Source: an uncultured virus (IMG/VR IMGVR_UViG_3300034071_002198) (taxonomy: Duplodnaviria; Heunggongvirae; Uroviricota; Caudoviricetes). From it: a DNA stretch of 64,000 bases. The stretch is from the IMG/VR virus record IMGVR_UViG_3300034071_002198, positions 1-64,000 of that record; one strand, given 5' to 3'. Below, in pieces: positions 29,416 through 38,865 of the stretch. The notes under the pieces are model-generated. The model searched no databases. It worked only from the letters and a program-made list of their open reading frames with translations, and had not been told where the DNA came from. The number at the start of each line of letters is the position of its first letter. Within the stretch, counting starts at the first letter, position 1. The position numbers were made by a program, and so were the translations under genes.

Positions 29416-29994
29416 CTAATAAATATCTGTTTTCCTAAACTCCTGTATCTTTTCTTTGAGCTGTTTATATATATGAGTCTTATCTCCGCCTTGCCAACTT
29501 TCAATATCTCCTTGTTCAGTAACAAAAGTATCTTTTTCCTCAAGCCATGAATCTAAAGCCTGTTCAAACTCTTCAAGGCTAGCATTCTTATTCATATTAA
29601 GAATATTCTTCTCATATTGCTCATACTTACCTTCTAGCTTAAGTTTAGCTTCCATATCAATGACACAGTTCAAACATACTTTGTGTACTGAATACATCTT
29701 CTTGTTTAGTTCATTAGCCTTCATAGGCTTCTTACAACTAGGACAAGTAAGTGGTAAAGATACTAGATGTTTGAACTTATCTAGCTTGGTAATAGACTGT
29801 TTGATACCGTTTTTAATGGTCCATTTTTTTCCACCTTCTTCCCAAGTATCTCCTTCTTTATGTTCTTCTATTGTAGCTTCCCAACCTCCAAGTACCTGAG
29901 TTCTATCACCAGTATTTCCGGTGATAATGTTTCTCATCCTTTGAACTTCACTTTTCTTAAACTCTTTTTTTAACGTAGACTCTTTTGGTATCAT
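29416..29994 (-). CDS. Zinc-ribbon hypothetical protein
   Basis: CPSC...CLNC. Confidence 0.75.
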   Translation of the reverse strand: MIPKESTLKKEFKKSEVQRMRNIITGNTGDRTQVLGGWEATIEEHKEGDTWEEGGKKWTIKNGIKQSITKLDKFKHLVSLPLTCPSCKKPMKANELNKKMYSVHKVCLNCVIDMEAKLKLEGKYEQYEKNILNMNKNASLEEFEQALDSWLEEKDTFVTEQGDIESWQGGDKTHIYKQLKEKIQEFRKTDIY

Positions 29995-30009
29995 AACAGT
30001 ATTTTTATT

Positions 30010-31269
30010 TTATAAGTTAGAAATGTCTACAATCCAAATATTAGGATCTTCTCCATTATTAACTAATCCAGAAAGTCTTGTATTACCAGCTAGAAGATCA
30101 TAATCAGAATTAGAAAATTTGACTGCTATTGGCATTTCTATTTGACCTTTTTTAAACGCAGATTGGAATCTTTGTTTTTTTTCTTTTTCTAGACTATTAA
30201 AATTTAAGTCTACATTTCCAAGGACATCTTTTATTTTAGAGTATTTTGTTATATATCCTTTTTTAGATATCTTCTCCCAATTATCTTTACCTATTTTTTT
30301 AAGTTCTGGATATCGAATTGCTTCTTCCCATTCTACATTAAAATTAGGTTTAGAATATTTAACCTCATTTATTCTAAATTTACTTAATATATCTTTTGTT
30401 TTATTAATATCTTTATGCATTACTGCAATACCACCTAGTGTTTTCCATGGAGCTAGATTTGTCCAATAGTCATCTATCAATATAGATTTTTTTGGGTCAG
30501 TTATCATCTTTAAATGCTTATTTCCGGACTCGGCGAATATAACTTCTTTTGGTTGTGGACTTAAATTATCTTTAATCCATTCTAATTTACCTTCTTCAGC
30601 ATATTCAAATTGACCAGGACTAGTTAAGATTATAGGATTATATTTACCTATTATAGACCATAGTTCTTGGCCTCCAGGCATCCATTGCATTTTACTCCAG
30701 TATGTAATACCTACTTCGTCTACTGCTTTAGTTAGGTACTCATTTGCTTTTTCTGGTTTATATTGTTTTCTGTATTCTGAGGGGGACATGTTATAAAAAT
30801 ATTCAAACCTTGCATCAAAGTCGCATAGAACTCCATCCATATCACAATAGATTTGAATACCACTATTACTTTCTACTTCATATATTTGTTTAAGAGTAGG
30901 AAGAAAAGACTCATAAATAAGATCATTAGTCTTACCATAATCTCTCATCATTATACCTGCCAAAGCATTAGCTTGATTTTCTATATTAGAACCAGTTTCT
31001 CCAGCATTATTATATAATTTACCAAGCTCATTTTGTCTATGGTGAACTAATTCATGGCATAAGGTTCTAAGTATATCTGCTAGGTTTCTATTACCTATAT
31101 AAACGTCTAAGTGTCTTTTATTTGGATCATATTGTCCAAAGCTTCTTTTTTCAGTAGCCCATTCACGATCATTTATAAAACTAGTTGTAGGAAGCTTATC
31201 TATATCAAGTTTGCTTTTTACAAACTGTATAAAATCCTCTATTATATATTGTCTTTGTTCTAGTGTCAT
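30010..31269 (-). CDS. Fusion: zincin-like HExxH domain + HAD 5'(3')-nucleotidase + ParB/Srx-like domain
   Basis: LRTLCHELVHH; IYCDMDGVLCDF...ILIDD; MPI...LLAGNTRL. Confidence 0.75.
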   Translation of the reverse strand: MTLEQRQYIIEDFIQFVKSKLDIDKLPTTSFINDREWATEKRSFGQYDPNKRHLDVYIGNRNLADILRTLCHELVHHRQNELGKLYNNAGETGSNIENQANALAGIMMRDYGKTNDLIYESFLPTLKQIYEVESNSGIQIYCDMDGVLCDFDARFEYFYNMSPSEYRKQYKPEKANEYLTKAVDEVGITYWSKMQWMPGGQELWSIIGKYNPIILTSPGQFEYAEEGKLEWIKDNLSPQPKEVIFAESGNKHLKMITDPKKSILIDDYWTNLAPWKTLGGIAVMHKDINKTKDILSKFRINEVKYSKPNFNVEWEEAIRYPELKKIGKDNWEKISKKGYITKYSKIKDVLGNVDLNFNSLEKEKKQRFQSAFKKGQIEMPIAVKFSNSDYDLLAGNTRLSGLVNNGEDPNIWIVDISNL

Positions 31270-31856
31270 TTCATTATTTTCAATAGTCTTCCAAAGACAT
31301 CTTTAGCTACTCCCTTATTATATGCTGAGTCTGGGATGAATTTAACAAACTCTTCAAAATTGCCGGCTTTAATTGTATCTCTCATTTGAGTTGCAGATAT
31401 TCTACCAAATTGATCTGGTATAGTTTCTTTTCTAACTCTATTAGGAAATCTTTTTTGTATAGAATCAAAGTATCCAATATCTTCAACTTCTTCGGCCCCG
31501 CCTGCAACATATACTGGATCAACATCAGGATTCTCTGCCATGAACGCAAAGATGTCTTTTATTGGTGTAGACTCTTTAGATATTGATACATCTATTTTAG
31601 GATTTGGTTCTGCTTTAAGATACTCTTGCCAAATATAAAGAGAATCTTCAGGAGTTATACCATACTTAGTAACATTAGATATAATAACATATACTTTATT
31701 AATATAATTTAAAGATGCTAAATACTTTGTAGCTTCGAAATGTCCTTTGTGAGGAGGCTTAAATTTACCAGGATAAAAACAAGGTCCTACATCTGGTGAT
31801 GCTTCTCTTAGTATATCTTCTGCTATTTGTCTTCCTAGTTGTTCGAAATTAATCAT
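31266..31856 (-). CDS. HxGH-family nucleotidyltransferase (cytidylyltransferase/NMNAT-like)
   Basis: PGKFKPPHKGH and ISATQMR motifs. Confidence 0.85.
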   Translation of the reverse strand: MINFEQLGRQIAEDILREASPDVGPCFYPGKFKPPHKGHFEATKYLASLNYINKVYVIISNVTKYGITPEDSLYIWQEYLKAEPNPKIDVSISKESTPIKDIFAFMAENPDVDPVYVAGGAEEVEDIGYFDSIQKRFPNRVRKETIPDQFGRISATQMRDTIKAGNFEEFVKFIPDSAYNKGVAKDVFGRLLKIMK

Positions 31857-32641
31857 GGTGTAATAAATGATTTTGCTTTAGACACAACACTTTCAGTACT
31901 ATCGTCTTTTAGAGACTCAACTTGTTTTTCTATATCTTCAAACTGTCCAGCTAAGATATCTATTTGTTTATCAACTAGCTCTTTAGATTTTGCTATTTCT
32001 TCAGGAGATTTTTGTTTAGTAGGATCTTTTTTAAATGTAGACTTAAATTGACCAGAAGATAATAGTTCAGAAAAGAATTCTTTTAGCTTTCCAGAATTAT
32101 ACGCCTTCATAAATGCGCCAACCATCTTCTGTTCTGCAGGACTAACCTCTGATTGTACTAATAAAAAGTTATCTCCAAACATACTTTTATATGTAGAGAT
32201 ATTTTTATATACATTATTCCAACTTGATAATACTCCAACAGTTGGTACCTTTCTTTCTCTCTTAAAGTTCCTCAAAAAACTTACAACCGGATTGGTATAA
32301 ACCATGATCATCATTATGTCATAGCCTGAGGATTCTATATTCTTTACTCTGTCTACATTTGTTCCTGTAGTATCATAAAGAAAATTCTTACCACTTTTTA
32401 TAGTATTAGGTAGATCAACCTTCTCTATATAACTAGACGCCTTACCTAAACTGTTATACATAGGACTATCTTTATCTTCTACATACTTGTCAGCATTAAG
32501 TTCTTGCCAGCCTGATTTTTCAAGGTCCGGTCTAAGTTGCCTAACTATATTAGATTTGCCTGCTCCGGCTCCGCCGGCCATGACAATAGCCTTATTACCA
32601 TTTTCAGGTTGTTCTTTCAATAAATCTAGTAGCTTAATCAT
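31853..32641 (-). CDS. P-loop kinase (zeta-toxin/AAA_33-like)
   Basis: MAGGAGAGKS, LNAD, YDTTG, RNFKRERKVP; late motif at 32649-32656. Confidence 0.8.
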   Translation of the reverse strand: MIKLLDLLKEQPENGNKAIVMAGGAGAGKSNIVRQLRPDLEKSGWQELNADKYVEDKDSPMYNSLGKASSYIEKVDLPNTIKSGKNFLYDTTGTNVDRVKNIESSGYDIMMIMVYTNPVVSFLRNFKRERKVPTVGVLSSWNNVYKNISTYKSMFGDNFLLVQSEVSPAEQKMVGAFMKAYNSGKLKEFFSELLSSGQFKSTFKKDPTKQKSPEEIAKSKELVDKQIDILAGQFEDIEKQVESLKDDSTESVVSKAKSFITP

Positions 32642-32655
32642 ACTACCAATAAATA

Positions 32656-33450
32656 TTAATCTGTAAGTTTAACAGTATTAGGAAGAGTAAGTAATTCAAT
32701 TTCAGTCTCCGGGTGCATAATCTTGTAAGTTTCATAGGTATGTAAGAACATATTGAAGTACTCGTCTACTGTCTTCTTTCCTTCAATTATTTCCCATCCT
32801 GCACCTTGCATTTTTTTGCCTGCCTTATCTGGCCCTCTCTTTGTAGATTTAAGCCATACGATACCGTTACGATCCACTTTTTGGAGGTATTTCTCTTCAT
32901 AAGCTTTAGTGTAGGCTGACATTTGTAAGTGGTGGCTTTCATGAACTGCGTTTGAGGTTTTAATATCTAGAAGCCATTTTTCTCCATTGATATCTACCAA
33001 TAGATCTAGGGTTCCAGAATACTTATGTGTATCACTAAACATGAATTCTTCTGACAATAAAAGGGTTGGCTTATATGTTGTCCAGAAGTCTGTGAATCCT
33101 AAAATCATCTTCCATACATGAGTATGATAGTTAACCTTGCCATCAGGTTCAATCCATCTAATCTCTTCATTTTTTAAGAATTTCTCTACTGCGTTGTGTA
33201 CTTGAGTTCCTTCATCACCGGCGCGACGCATAACAATATCAGCATTATGCCCCATGTCTTTAATCCACGTTTCAAAAAAAGCACCTTTAGGAAAGTAGCC
33301 TAGGATAGTAGTAACAGAGGGATAGAAAACACCAGGAGATCTTTGATAATACCTTGAATCATGTAAAGTAATTTGTCTAAGCTCAGGATCTGTCTCAACG
33401 ATTCTTTTTAAGAACTTATCTCTATAGACATTCTTGTTTTGTTCAATCAT
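32656..33450 (-). CDS. PD-(D/E)xK exonuclease (Cas4/YqaJ-like fold)
   Basis: YPSVTTIL, GTQVH, YSGTLD...LLDIKTS, LQMSAY. Confidence 0.85.
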   Translation of the reverse strand: MIEQNKNVYRDKFLKRIVETDPELRQITLHDSRYYQRSPGVFYPSVTTILGYFPKGAFFETWIKDMGHNADIVMRRAGDEGTQVHNAVEKFLKNEEIRWIEPDGKVNYHTHVWKMILGFTDFWTTYKPTLLLSEEFMFSDTHKYSGTLDLLVDINGEKWLLDIKTSNAVHESHHLQMSAYTKAYEEKYLQKVDRNGIVWLKSTKRGPDKAGKKMQGAGWEIIEGKKTVDEYFNMFLHTYETYKIMHPETEIELLTLPNTVKLTD

Positions 33451-34376
33451 ATTAGTTGTATTTTTTTGAGAAGCAGGTCTCCGAAAGACATTGGCTTCGC
33501 AGTGTGTAATAACTTGGTCATATTATTAAAACCAAGGTCAGAAGGATCTTTACCTTCTAATTCTATTAAATAAACTTCTTTACCAAGATTAAGAAGATTT
33601 TGTGAATAATTGAGAGCTTCTTTAAGAGCATCTTTATCTAATGCTAAATATACTGTTTTTACTTCAGATTCTACTAATTTCATCATGAGTGACTGAGGTA
33701 TAGTCTTTCCAAATAATGGAATAGCATTACGTTTAATTGCAATGGCATCAAAAATACCTTCACATAATATAATAGGAATAGACCAATTAACAAAGTACTC
33801 TAGGCCTATAAGTTCTGTTTTATTACAACTTGGAGCATCATATTTACGAGCAGGATCTGGTTCAAATGATCTGGCTATAAAATAGTTTATATTGCCATTT
33901 TTGTCATAAGACGGCACTATGATTCTATTTCTATATCTACCCGTCTTACAATACCCAATATTGTACTTTTGTATGTCTTGAATAGAAATGTTTCTTTTCT
34001 TTAGATAAGTCAAAGCATGTCTACACTCAAGAGATTTATCTGGGTTATATAACGAAAGAAACTCTTCTGGCAGGGTTACCTTATTTGATTTAGTAGTATC
34101 AATCTTAGTATTATCTCCTTGAAAGTAATTCTTCATCTCAAGAATCTTTTCAGTAGGAGCGTCTACTTTTTTTAATAGCGATACCGGTGTTTTACCTTTA
34201 GTAGCAGGATGACAAGTCCAACAATTATATTGTCCAGACTTAATATTCACTATCAACTTAGGATTATGATGCTTACAAACTGGGCAATAGAATGCATAAT
34301 CCATAGTGGTTTTAGAACCTTTTCCTTTGCCAAGAACTGTTTCTAATAATCCTAATACGAGTAACTCTTTGTCCAT
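33447..34376 (-). CDS. dnaG: DNA primase (zinc finger + TOPRIM)
   Basis: CPVC...CWTC, YLKKR, RIIVP, CEGIFDA, ALDKDA, KDPSD. Confidence 0.9.
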   Translation of the reverse strand: MDKELLVLGLLETVLGKGKGSKTTMDYAFYCPVCKHHNPKLIVNIKSGQYNCWTCHPATKGKTPVSLLKKVDAPTEKILEMKNYFQGDNTKIDTTKSNKVTLPEEFLSLYNPDKSLECRHALTYLKKRNISIQDIQKYNIGYCKTGRYRNRIIVPSYDKNGNINYFIARSFEPDPARKYDAPSCNKTELIGLEYFVNWSIPIILCEGIFDAIAIKRNAIPLFGKTIPQSLMMKLVESEVKTVYLALDKDALKEALNYSQNLLNLGKEVYLIELEGKDPSDLGFNNMTKLLHTAKPMSFGDLLLKKIQLI

Positions 34377-34380
34377 TTAT

Positions 34381-34460
34381 CAAATATAAGACAAAAAAAT
34401 GACATAAAAAAATATTTATTAAAAAAAATTTTTCTGTTTCAAATATTTGTTGTATATTAG
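34381..34460. promoter_or_regulatory. Divergent pair of Bacteroidetes-like promoters
   Basis: Minus: TTTTTTTATGTCA-N6-TGTCTTATATTTG (perfect TAnnTTTG). Plus: TTTTTCTGTTTCA-N6-TGTTGTATATTAG. Confidence 0.65.
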
Positions 34461-34465
34461 TAAAA

Positions 34466-34720
34466 CTAATGTCGTATACTCAGGCTCTATGCCATAGCTT
34501 GGTTAAATTCCATGAGTGAGTTTTAGAATGAGTAAGCTATACGACTACCAGGAGTAAAGACTAATATATGCTTCAGGTATACAAAAATAATTGGTAGTGA
34601 AAGCCTAAAATAATATCGGCCATATCCGACGGTTTAGTCCGCTAAAGGGTTTTAGATATAAGCTACAGATGAAAAACAAAGTCAATTACACTCTAAAAAA
34701 AGGATAAATACCTTTAAACT
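34466..34720 (+). ncRNA. Candidate structured RNA / long leader of unknown family
   Basis: No long ORF; directly after promoter. Stems: GTCGTATA/TATACGAC, TACCA/TGGTA, GGAGTA/TGCTTC, CTAAAA/TTTTAG, TCGG/CCGA, TTTAG/CTAAA. Confidence 0.45.
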
Positions 34721-34727
34721 AGCTATT

Positions 34728-34895
34728 ATGCAAGCAGAAGATTTTCAAATAGATGGAGATAAATTAACAGAAGAGCAATTAGATGCACTATATATTTATT
34801 TATCAATGACATTTGATACTATGAAAGATGAAGAAAAAAGCATGTGGTATGAAATTATGCAAAAAATAGATAAAGAATTTTATGAACAAGATTAA
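34728..34895 (+). CDS. Small acidic hypothetical protein (55 aa, MQAEDFQ...), not in ORF track
   Basis: Hand-translated; overlaps next start. Confidence 0.65.
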   Translation: MQAEDFQIDGDKLTEEQLDALYIYLSMTFDTMKDEEKSMWYEIMQKIDKEFYEQD

Positions 34896-35202
34896 ATTAT
34901 TAATATTAGAAGGTTGTAGTAAGTGCCAAAAATTAAAACAGGAATTAAATAATAACTATATTGATTACGAATATGAAGTTTGTAAATCGGATACGGAAAT
35001 TTGTGATTCTATTGAAGATTTAACAGGCTGTTCTAACTATCCTATAGTATTAAAAATGTTAAATGCTTCTATTATAGAAGAGATAATCTATGTAGCAAAT
35101 ACATATGAAGATATAAGTAAAAAAATTATTTTTAATAATAAAGTTAAAGGCAAAGCATTTCACTCTATAGATCAATTGATAGAGTACACAATAAAGTTGT
35201 AA
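34882..35202 (+). CDS. Glutaredoxin/thioredoxin-fold protein
   Basis: CSKC motif and NYP cis-Pro motif. Confidence 0.75.
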   Translation: MNKIKLLILEGCSKCQKLKQELNNNYIDYEYEVCKSDTEICDSIEDLTGCSNYPIVLKMLNASIIEEIIYVANTYEDISKKIIFNNKVKGKAFHSIDQLIEYTIKL

Positions 35203-35211
35203 ATTTATAGT

Positions 35212-35388
35212 ATGAAATACAAACAATTAATATTAAGGAAAATATTCGAATTAAACAATTTAATAAATTCCCAAAGAGCTTTAGTATCCACTTCTAGACC
35301 TCAAGATGAAATCAATTCTCATTTAGATAAAATAAAATATAAAATAGAAGAAATTGAAGTCTTGATAAATAGTGAAAATGAATTCTAA
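35212..35388 (+). CDS. Small helical hypothetical protein (58 aa, MKYKQLILRK...), not in ORF track
   Basis: Hand-translated; fills gap in operon. Confidence 0.65.
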   Translation: MKYKQLILRKIFELNNLINSQRALVSTSRPQDEINSHLDKIKYKIEEIEVLINSENEF

Positions 35389-35400
35389 ATAAAATAAGTT

Positions 35401-36030
35401 ATGAAAAAGTTAAGCATTGAACAAATGGCTGATAATTTAGCCAAGTTTTATTCTTTAATTGATAAATATATTTCTGGTCCTAGGAAAGATAAGCTTCTTG
35501 AAATGTATAAAGATATTGAAGAGACTTTAGCTACTTCTCCTGCCTCTACTAAAATAAGTCATCACAATGCATTTGCTGGTGGTTATTTAGATCATGTTAA
35601 CAGAGTTACTGAGGCAGCTTTGGTATTTGAAAAGGTTTGGGATAAGTTTGGCCAGAGTAAAAATTATACAACAGAAGAGTTAGCTTTCTCAGCACTTAAT
35701 CACGATCTTGGTAAACTAGGTACAAATGATGAACCAGTTTATATTCCTAACCAATCACAATGGCACAGGGAAAATCAAGGTCTTATGTTCAATTACAACC
35801 CTGCTATACCTCATATGAGAATTGCAGAAAGAAGTTTATTCGTACTTCAGAAGTATGGTATTCAGGTTTCAGAAAACGAGTTCTTAGCTATCAGACTCCA
35901 TGATGGTTTGTATGAAGAAGCAAATAAGCAGTATTATATTACCTACAATAAAGATACAGAATTGAGGTCTAATATAGCTTATATATTGCATCAAGCAGAT
36001 TTGATGGCTAGTAAAATTGAATCAAATTAA
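35401..36030 (+). CDS. HD-domain phosphohydrolase
   Basis: HHNAFAGGYLDH, HDLGK, HDG, HQAD. Confidence 0.88.
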   Translation: MKKLSIEQMADNLAKFYSLIDKYISGPRKDKLLEMYKDIEETLATSPASTKISHHNAFAGGYLDHVNRVTEAALVFEKVWDKFGQSKNYTTEELAFSALNHDLGKLGTNDEPVYIPNQSQWHRENQGLMFNYNPAIPHMRIAERSLFVLQKYGIQVSENEFLAIRLHDGLYEEANKQYYITYNKDTELRSNIAYILHQADLMASKIESN

Positions 36031-36042
36031 AATTAATATATT

Positions 36043-36315
36043 ATGACAACAGGAATTATAGCCATTATAGTTTGGATTTTATCCATTATAGGATACGTAG
36101 TTTGGAATTTATTTCAAAAAAATAGAAAGTTAGAATCTATGGTTGTTAGACAACAAGTGTTTATTGGCAATATTAAAGAGTGTATGAAAGAGATAAATAC
36201 TTGTGCCAATGAAATTGATTCTAAATTATGGATTCAATCTGATCCTGAGTTTTTAAGTCTTATGGAAAATGTTAAACAGATGCAGACTAGAATTAACGAA
36301 TTTATAGAAGAATAA
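36043..36315 (+). CDS. Single-pass membrane protein
   Basis: N-terminal hydrophobic helix. Confidence 0.7.
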   Translation: MTTGIIAIIVWILSIIGYVVWNLFQKNRKLESMVVRQQVFIGNIKECMKEINTCANEIDSKLWIQSDPEFLSLMENVKQMQTRINEFIEE

Positions 36316-36316
36316 T

Positions 36317-37069
36317 ATGAGTGATATACTATTGAATGAGGAAGAGGTGTTACTAACTAAGAAAGGAGATCCTAGAAAAAGAAAGCCAAAAACAAAAAAT
36401 AATTACTTTACTTCTGAAACGGAAGAGGCTATTCTAAGGTATAGGTCTACAAAAAATCAAGACGAAAGAAATAGGATTTACAATCAAGACATTCACTACG
36501 GGTTTTATAAACTAGTAGAGAATATCATTCATACATTTAAGTTCTATTATACTGAGGTCGATAATATAGAAGATCTTAAGTATGAAGTAATATCATTTCT
36601 TTTGCAAAAATTAGACCTTTACGATCAGTCTAAAGGTAAGGCATTTTCTTATTTTGGTACAATTGCCAAAAGGTATTTGATTATATATAACCAAAAGAAT
36701 TACAAGAAACTTGTAGCAAAATCAGAGATTGGCGAACAAAGTGATGACAACGCCCTTCTAAATAGCATCCTTGTTAAAGAACCAGAACCAGAGCTAGATA
36801 AGCTAGACGTGGTCGAGCTTTTTATCAAATATGTAGATGACAATTTATTAGAGCTATTTGACAAAACAGAGGAGCTAAAGGTCGCTGATGCTATCCTAGA
36901 GATATTCAAGAAAAGGGAAAATATAGACATTTTTAATAAAAAGGCTGTTTTTATCTATGTTAAAGAGATGGCAGACACTCAGTCAAATACCATTACAAAG
37001 GTAATTAAAAAGCTAAAAACTATCTACAAAACTATCCTTAATCAGTATCTTGAAAACAATGACTATTAA
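36317..37069 (+). CDS. Phage sigma factor for late transcription (gp55-like)
   Basis: NNYFT..TEEAI, KLVENII, YDQSKGKAFSYFGTIAKRYLI (sigma region 2-like). Confidence 0.75.
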   Translation: MSDILLNEEEVLLTKKGDPRKRKPKTKNNYFTSETEEAILRYRSTKNQDERNRIYNQDIHYGFYKLVENIIHTFKFYYTEVDNIEDLKYEVISFLLQKLDLYDQSKGKAFSYFGTIAKRYLIIYNQKNYKKLVAKSEIGEQSDDNALLNSILVKEPEPELDKLDVVELFIKYVDDNLLELFDKTEELKVADAILEIFKKRENIDIFNKKAVFIYVKEMADTQSNTITKVIKKLKTIYKTILNQYLENNDY

Positions 37070-37087
37070 TATTTATTCTAAAAAGTC

Positions 37088-37450
37088 ATGGAACTTGATA
37101 AGGAAATATTCAAAGGGAAAACTATTGCCAATCTTGTAGAAGAGGTATACGATAAGCAGAAAAATCAAGATTCTACAATCAAACATGAGATCATGAGGCT
37201 TGCCGATATGATTGAAACTCCTGGTGATGCTATTGTAGTTGTACCTTTACTTAAAGGATTTATAGACTCTAGTTTAAAGAATGACGAGGTTCTTCTTAAA
37301 CTACTTAATCTTTTCCAAAAAGCTGCTGAAAGTAAAAAGGCTGGTGATGCCGATGATTCTGGCGTTCTTACTGAAAAGGATATTGAACAGCTATTTTCTG
37401 AGGTTTCTAATATTGTAATTAAAGACCCTAAACAACTACCTAGCGTATAA
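37088..37450 (+). CDS. Hypothetical helical protein
   Basis: ORF; late motif at 37069-37076. Confidence 0.75.
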   Translation: MELDKEIFKGKTIANLVEEVYDKQKNQDSTIKHEIMRLADMIETPGDAIVVVPLLKGFIDSSLKNDEVLLKLLNLFQKAAESKKAGDADDSGVLTEKDIEQLFSEVSNIVIKDPKQLPSV

Positions 37451-38415
37451 TGGCATATACATTTGGACCAAAATTTGATTCTGATTTAGGATTTTCAAAA
37501 GGGCAATACTTCCAAATTGGAAGGGTTAAGTCTGTTGTATTAGGGCCAAACACACCCGCAGGTAAAAAAGATCTTAATTATAAATCTCCATCTGATATAG
37601 GAGCTATAAAATTTGAATTACTATATTCTCCTTATTCAACTTCAAAATCAAAAGAAGTATCTGAACCAGCACATCCAATATGGTATTTTATTAAACAGAT
37701 TCCCTTAGTAAACGAAATAGTTTTAATTATTGTTGGCCCTTCTATAAAATTAAATGATGGTGCAACAAAACAACAGTATTATTATATGCCAGCTTATGGT
37801 ATGTGGAAAAATCCAAACCATAATGCATTTCCAAATATGCAAGAATGGGCAGAATATCTAAATAGTTCTGCTAATAAGCCAGGATATTCAGGTAATGCTA
37901 CTAAAAGTAAACCACTTCCTTTAGGATATACTTTTGAAGAAAATCCAGAAATAAAAGATCTACAACCTTTTGAAGGAGACACCATTATTCAAGCTAGGTT
38001 TGGTCAATCTATTAGATTTGGAAGTACAGTTTCTGTATTAAGTAATGAAAATACTTGGTCAAAAAATTCACCCACTTTAGCAAAACTTAATGAAACTACA
38101 GAGATTTCAAAAAAAACAAAAAATGGAGATCCAATAACTATTATAACAAATAGACAAGGAGATAGAGTTGTTAGAAATAAATTTGATTCTATAGTTGAAG
38201 ATATAAATAAAGATGGATCCTCAATATATTTAACAAGTACTCAAGAAATAAATATACCAGATCTAATAAACTTTCCATTAAAATCATTTGTAGTTAGAAG
38301 AAACTTAACAGACAATAGAAACCCTATTGTAGATTCAACTTTAAAAATAAATACTAAACCAGTATCTAATCAATTTACATCAGCTGTAGATCAAGATAAA
38401 AAATCTAACGGATAA
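37450..38415 (+). CDS. Baseplate hub/spike protein (gp5 N-terminal OB-fold-like)
   Basis: KQIPLVNEIVLI, FEGDTIIQARFGQSIRFGS; position before wedge genes. Confidence 0.55.
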   Translation: MAYTFGPKFDSDLGFSKGQYFQIGRVKSVVLGPNTPAGKKDLNYKSPSDIGAIKFELLYSPYSTSKSKEVSEPAHPIWYFIKQIPLVNEIVLIIVGPSIKLNDGATKQQYYYMPAYGMWKNPNHNAFPNMQEWAEYLNSSANKPGYSGNATKSKPLPLGYTFEENPEIKDLQPFEGDTIIQARFGQSIRFGSTVSVLSNENTWSKNSPTLAKLNETTEISKKTKNGDPITIITNRQGDRVVRNKFDSIVEDINKDGSSIYLTSTQEINIPDLINFPLKSFVVRRNLTDNRNPIVDSTLKINTKPVSNQFTSAVDQDKKSNG

Positions 38416-38864
38416 TGGCAATAACTCCAACATATAAACCAGATTTTCCATATAAGGGTGATCAAATAATATTATCATCTGATAGAGTATTATTACATTC
38501 TAAAAATGATTCTATATTTTTATTTGGTAAACAAGCCGTATCATTATCTTCTACTAAAACTATAAACTTAGATGCTAATGATAAAGTTTTAATTTATACT
38601 AATAAAATAGAATTAGGCAATGATGCTGAAGCATTAGGTGAACCTTTAGTTTTAGGAAGGACTCTTAATACACAACTAACAATTTTACTATCAGTATTAA
38701 AAAGTGTTGGAGATCAGCTTTCAAATGTTTCTGAATCTAATCTAGGAGCCAGTATGGGAATAATTGCTGGTGCTGGCCAAGCTATTTCTCAAGAAGCAGA
38801 AAGACTTAGAGGTTTTTTAGTTGGTGAATCACAAATATTATCTAAAAGAACATATACTAGATAA
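38415..38864 (+). CDS. Baseplate spike-associated protein
   Basis: Beta-repeat-like stretch, IELG...EPLVLG motif. Confidence 0.5.
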   Translation: MAITPTYKPDFPYKGDQIILSSDRVLLHSKNDSIFLFGKQAVSLSSTKTINLDANDKVLIYTNKIELGNDAEALGEPLVLGRTLNTQLTILLSVLKSVGDQLSNVSESNLGASMGIIAGAGQAISQEAERLRGFLVGESQILSKRTYTR

Positions 38865-38865
38865 T

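Noticed and set aside
32656..33450. Cas4 as evidence for a CRISPR system
   Set aside because: Stand-alone phage exonuclease beside primase; no array or other cas genes
34469..34519. 16-aa ORF MSYTQALCHSLVKFHE as a leader peptide
   Set aside because: Too short to support; coincides with predicted RNA stems
37088..37450. Terminase small subunit call
   Set aside because: Size and late motif fit, but no motif I can verify
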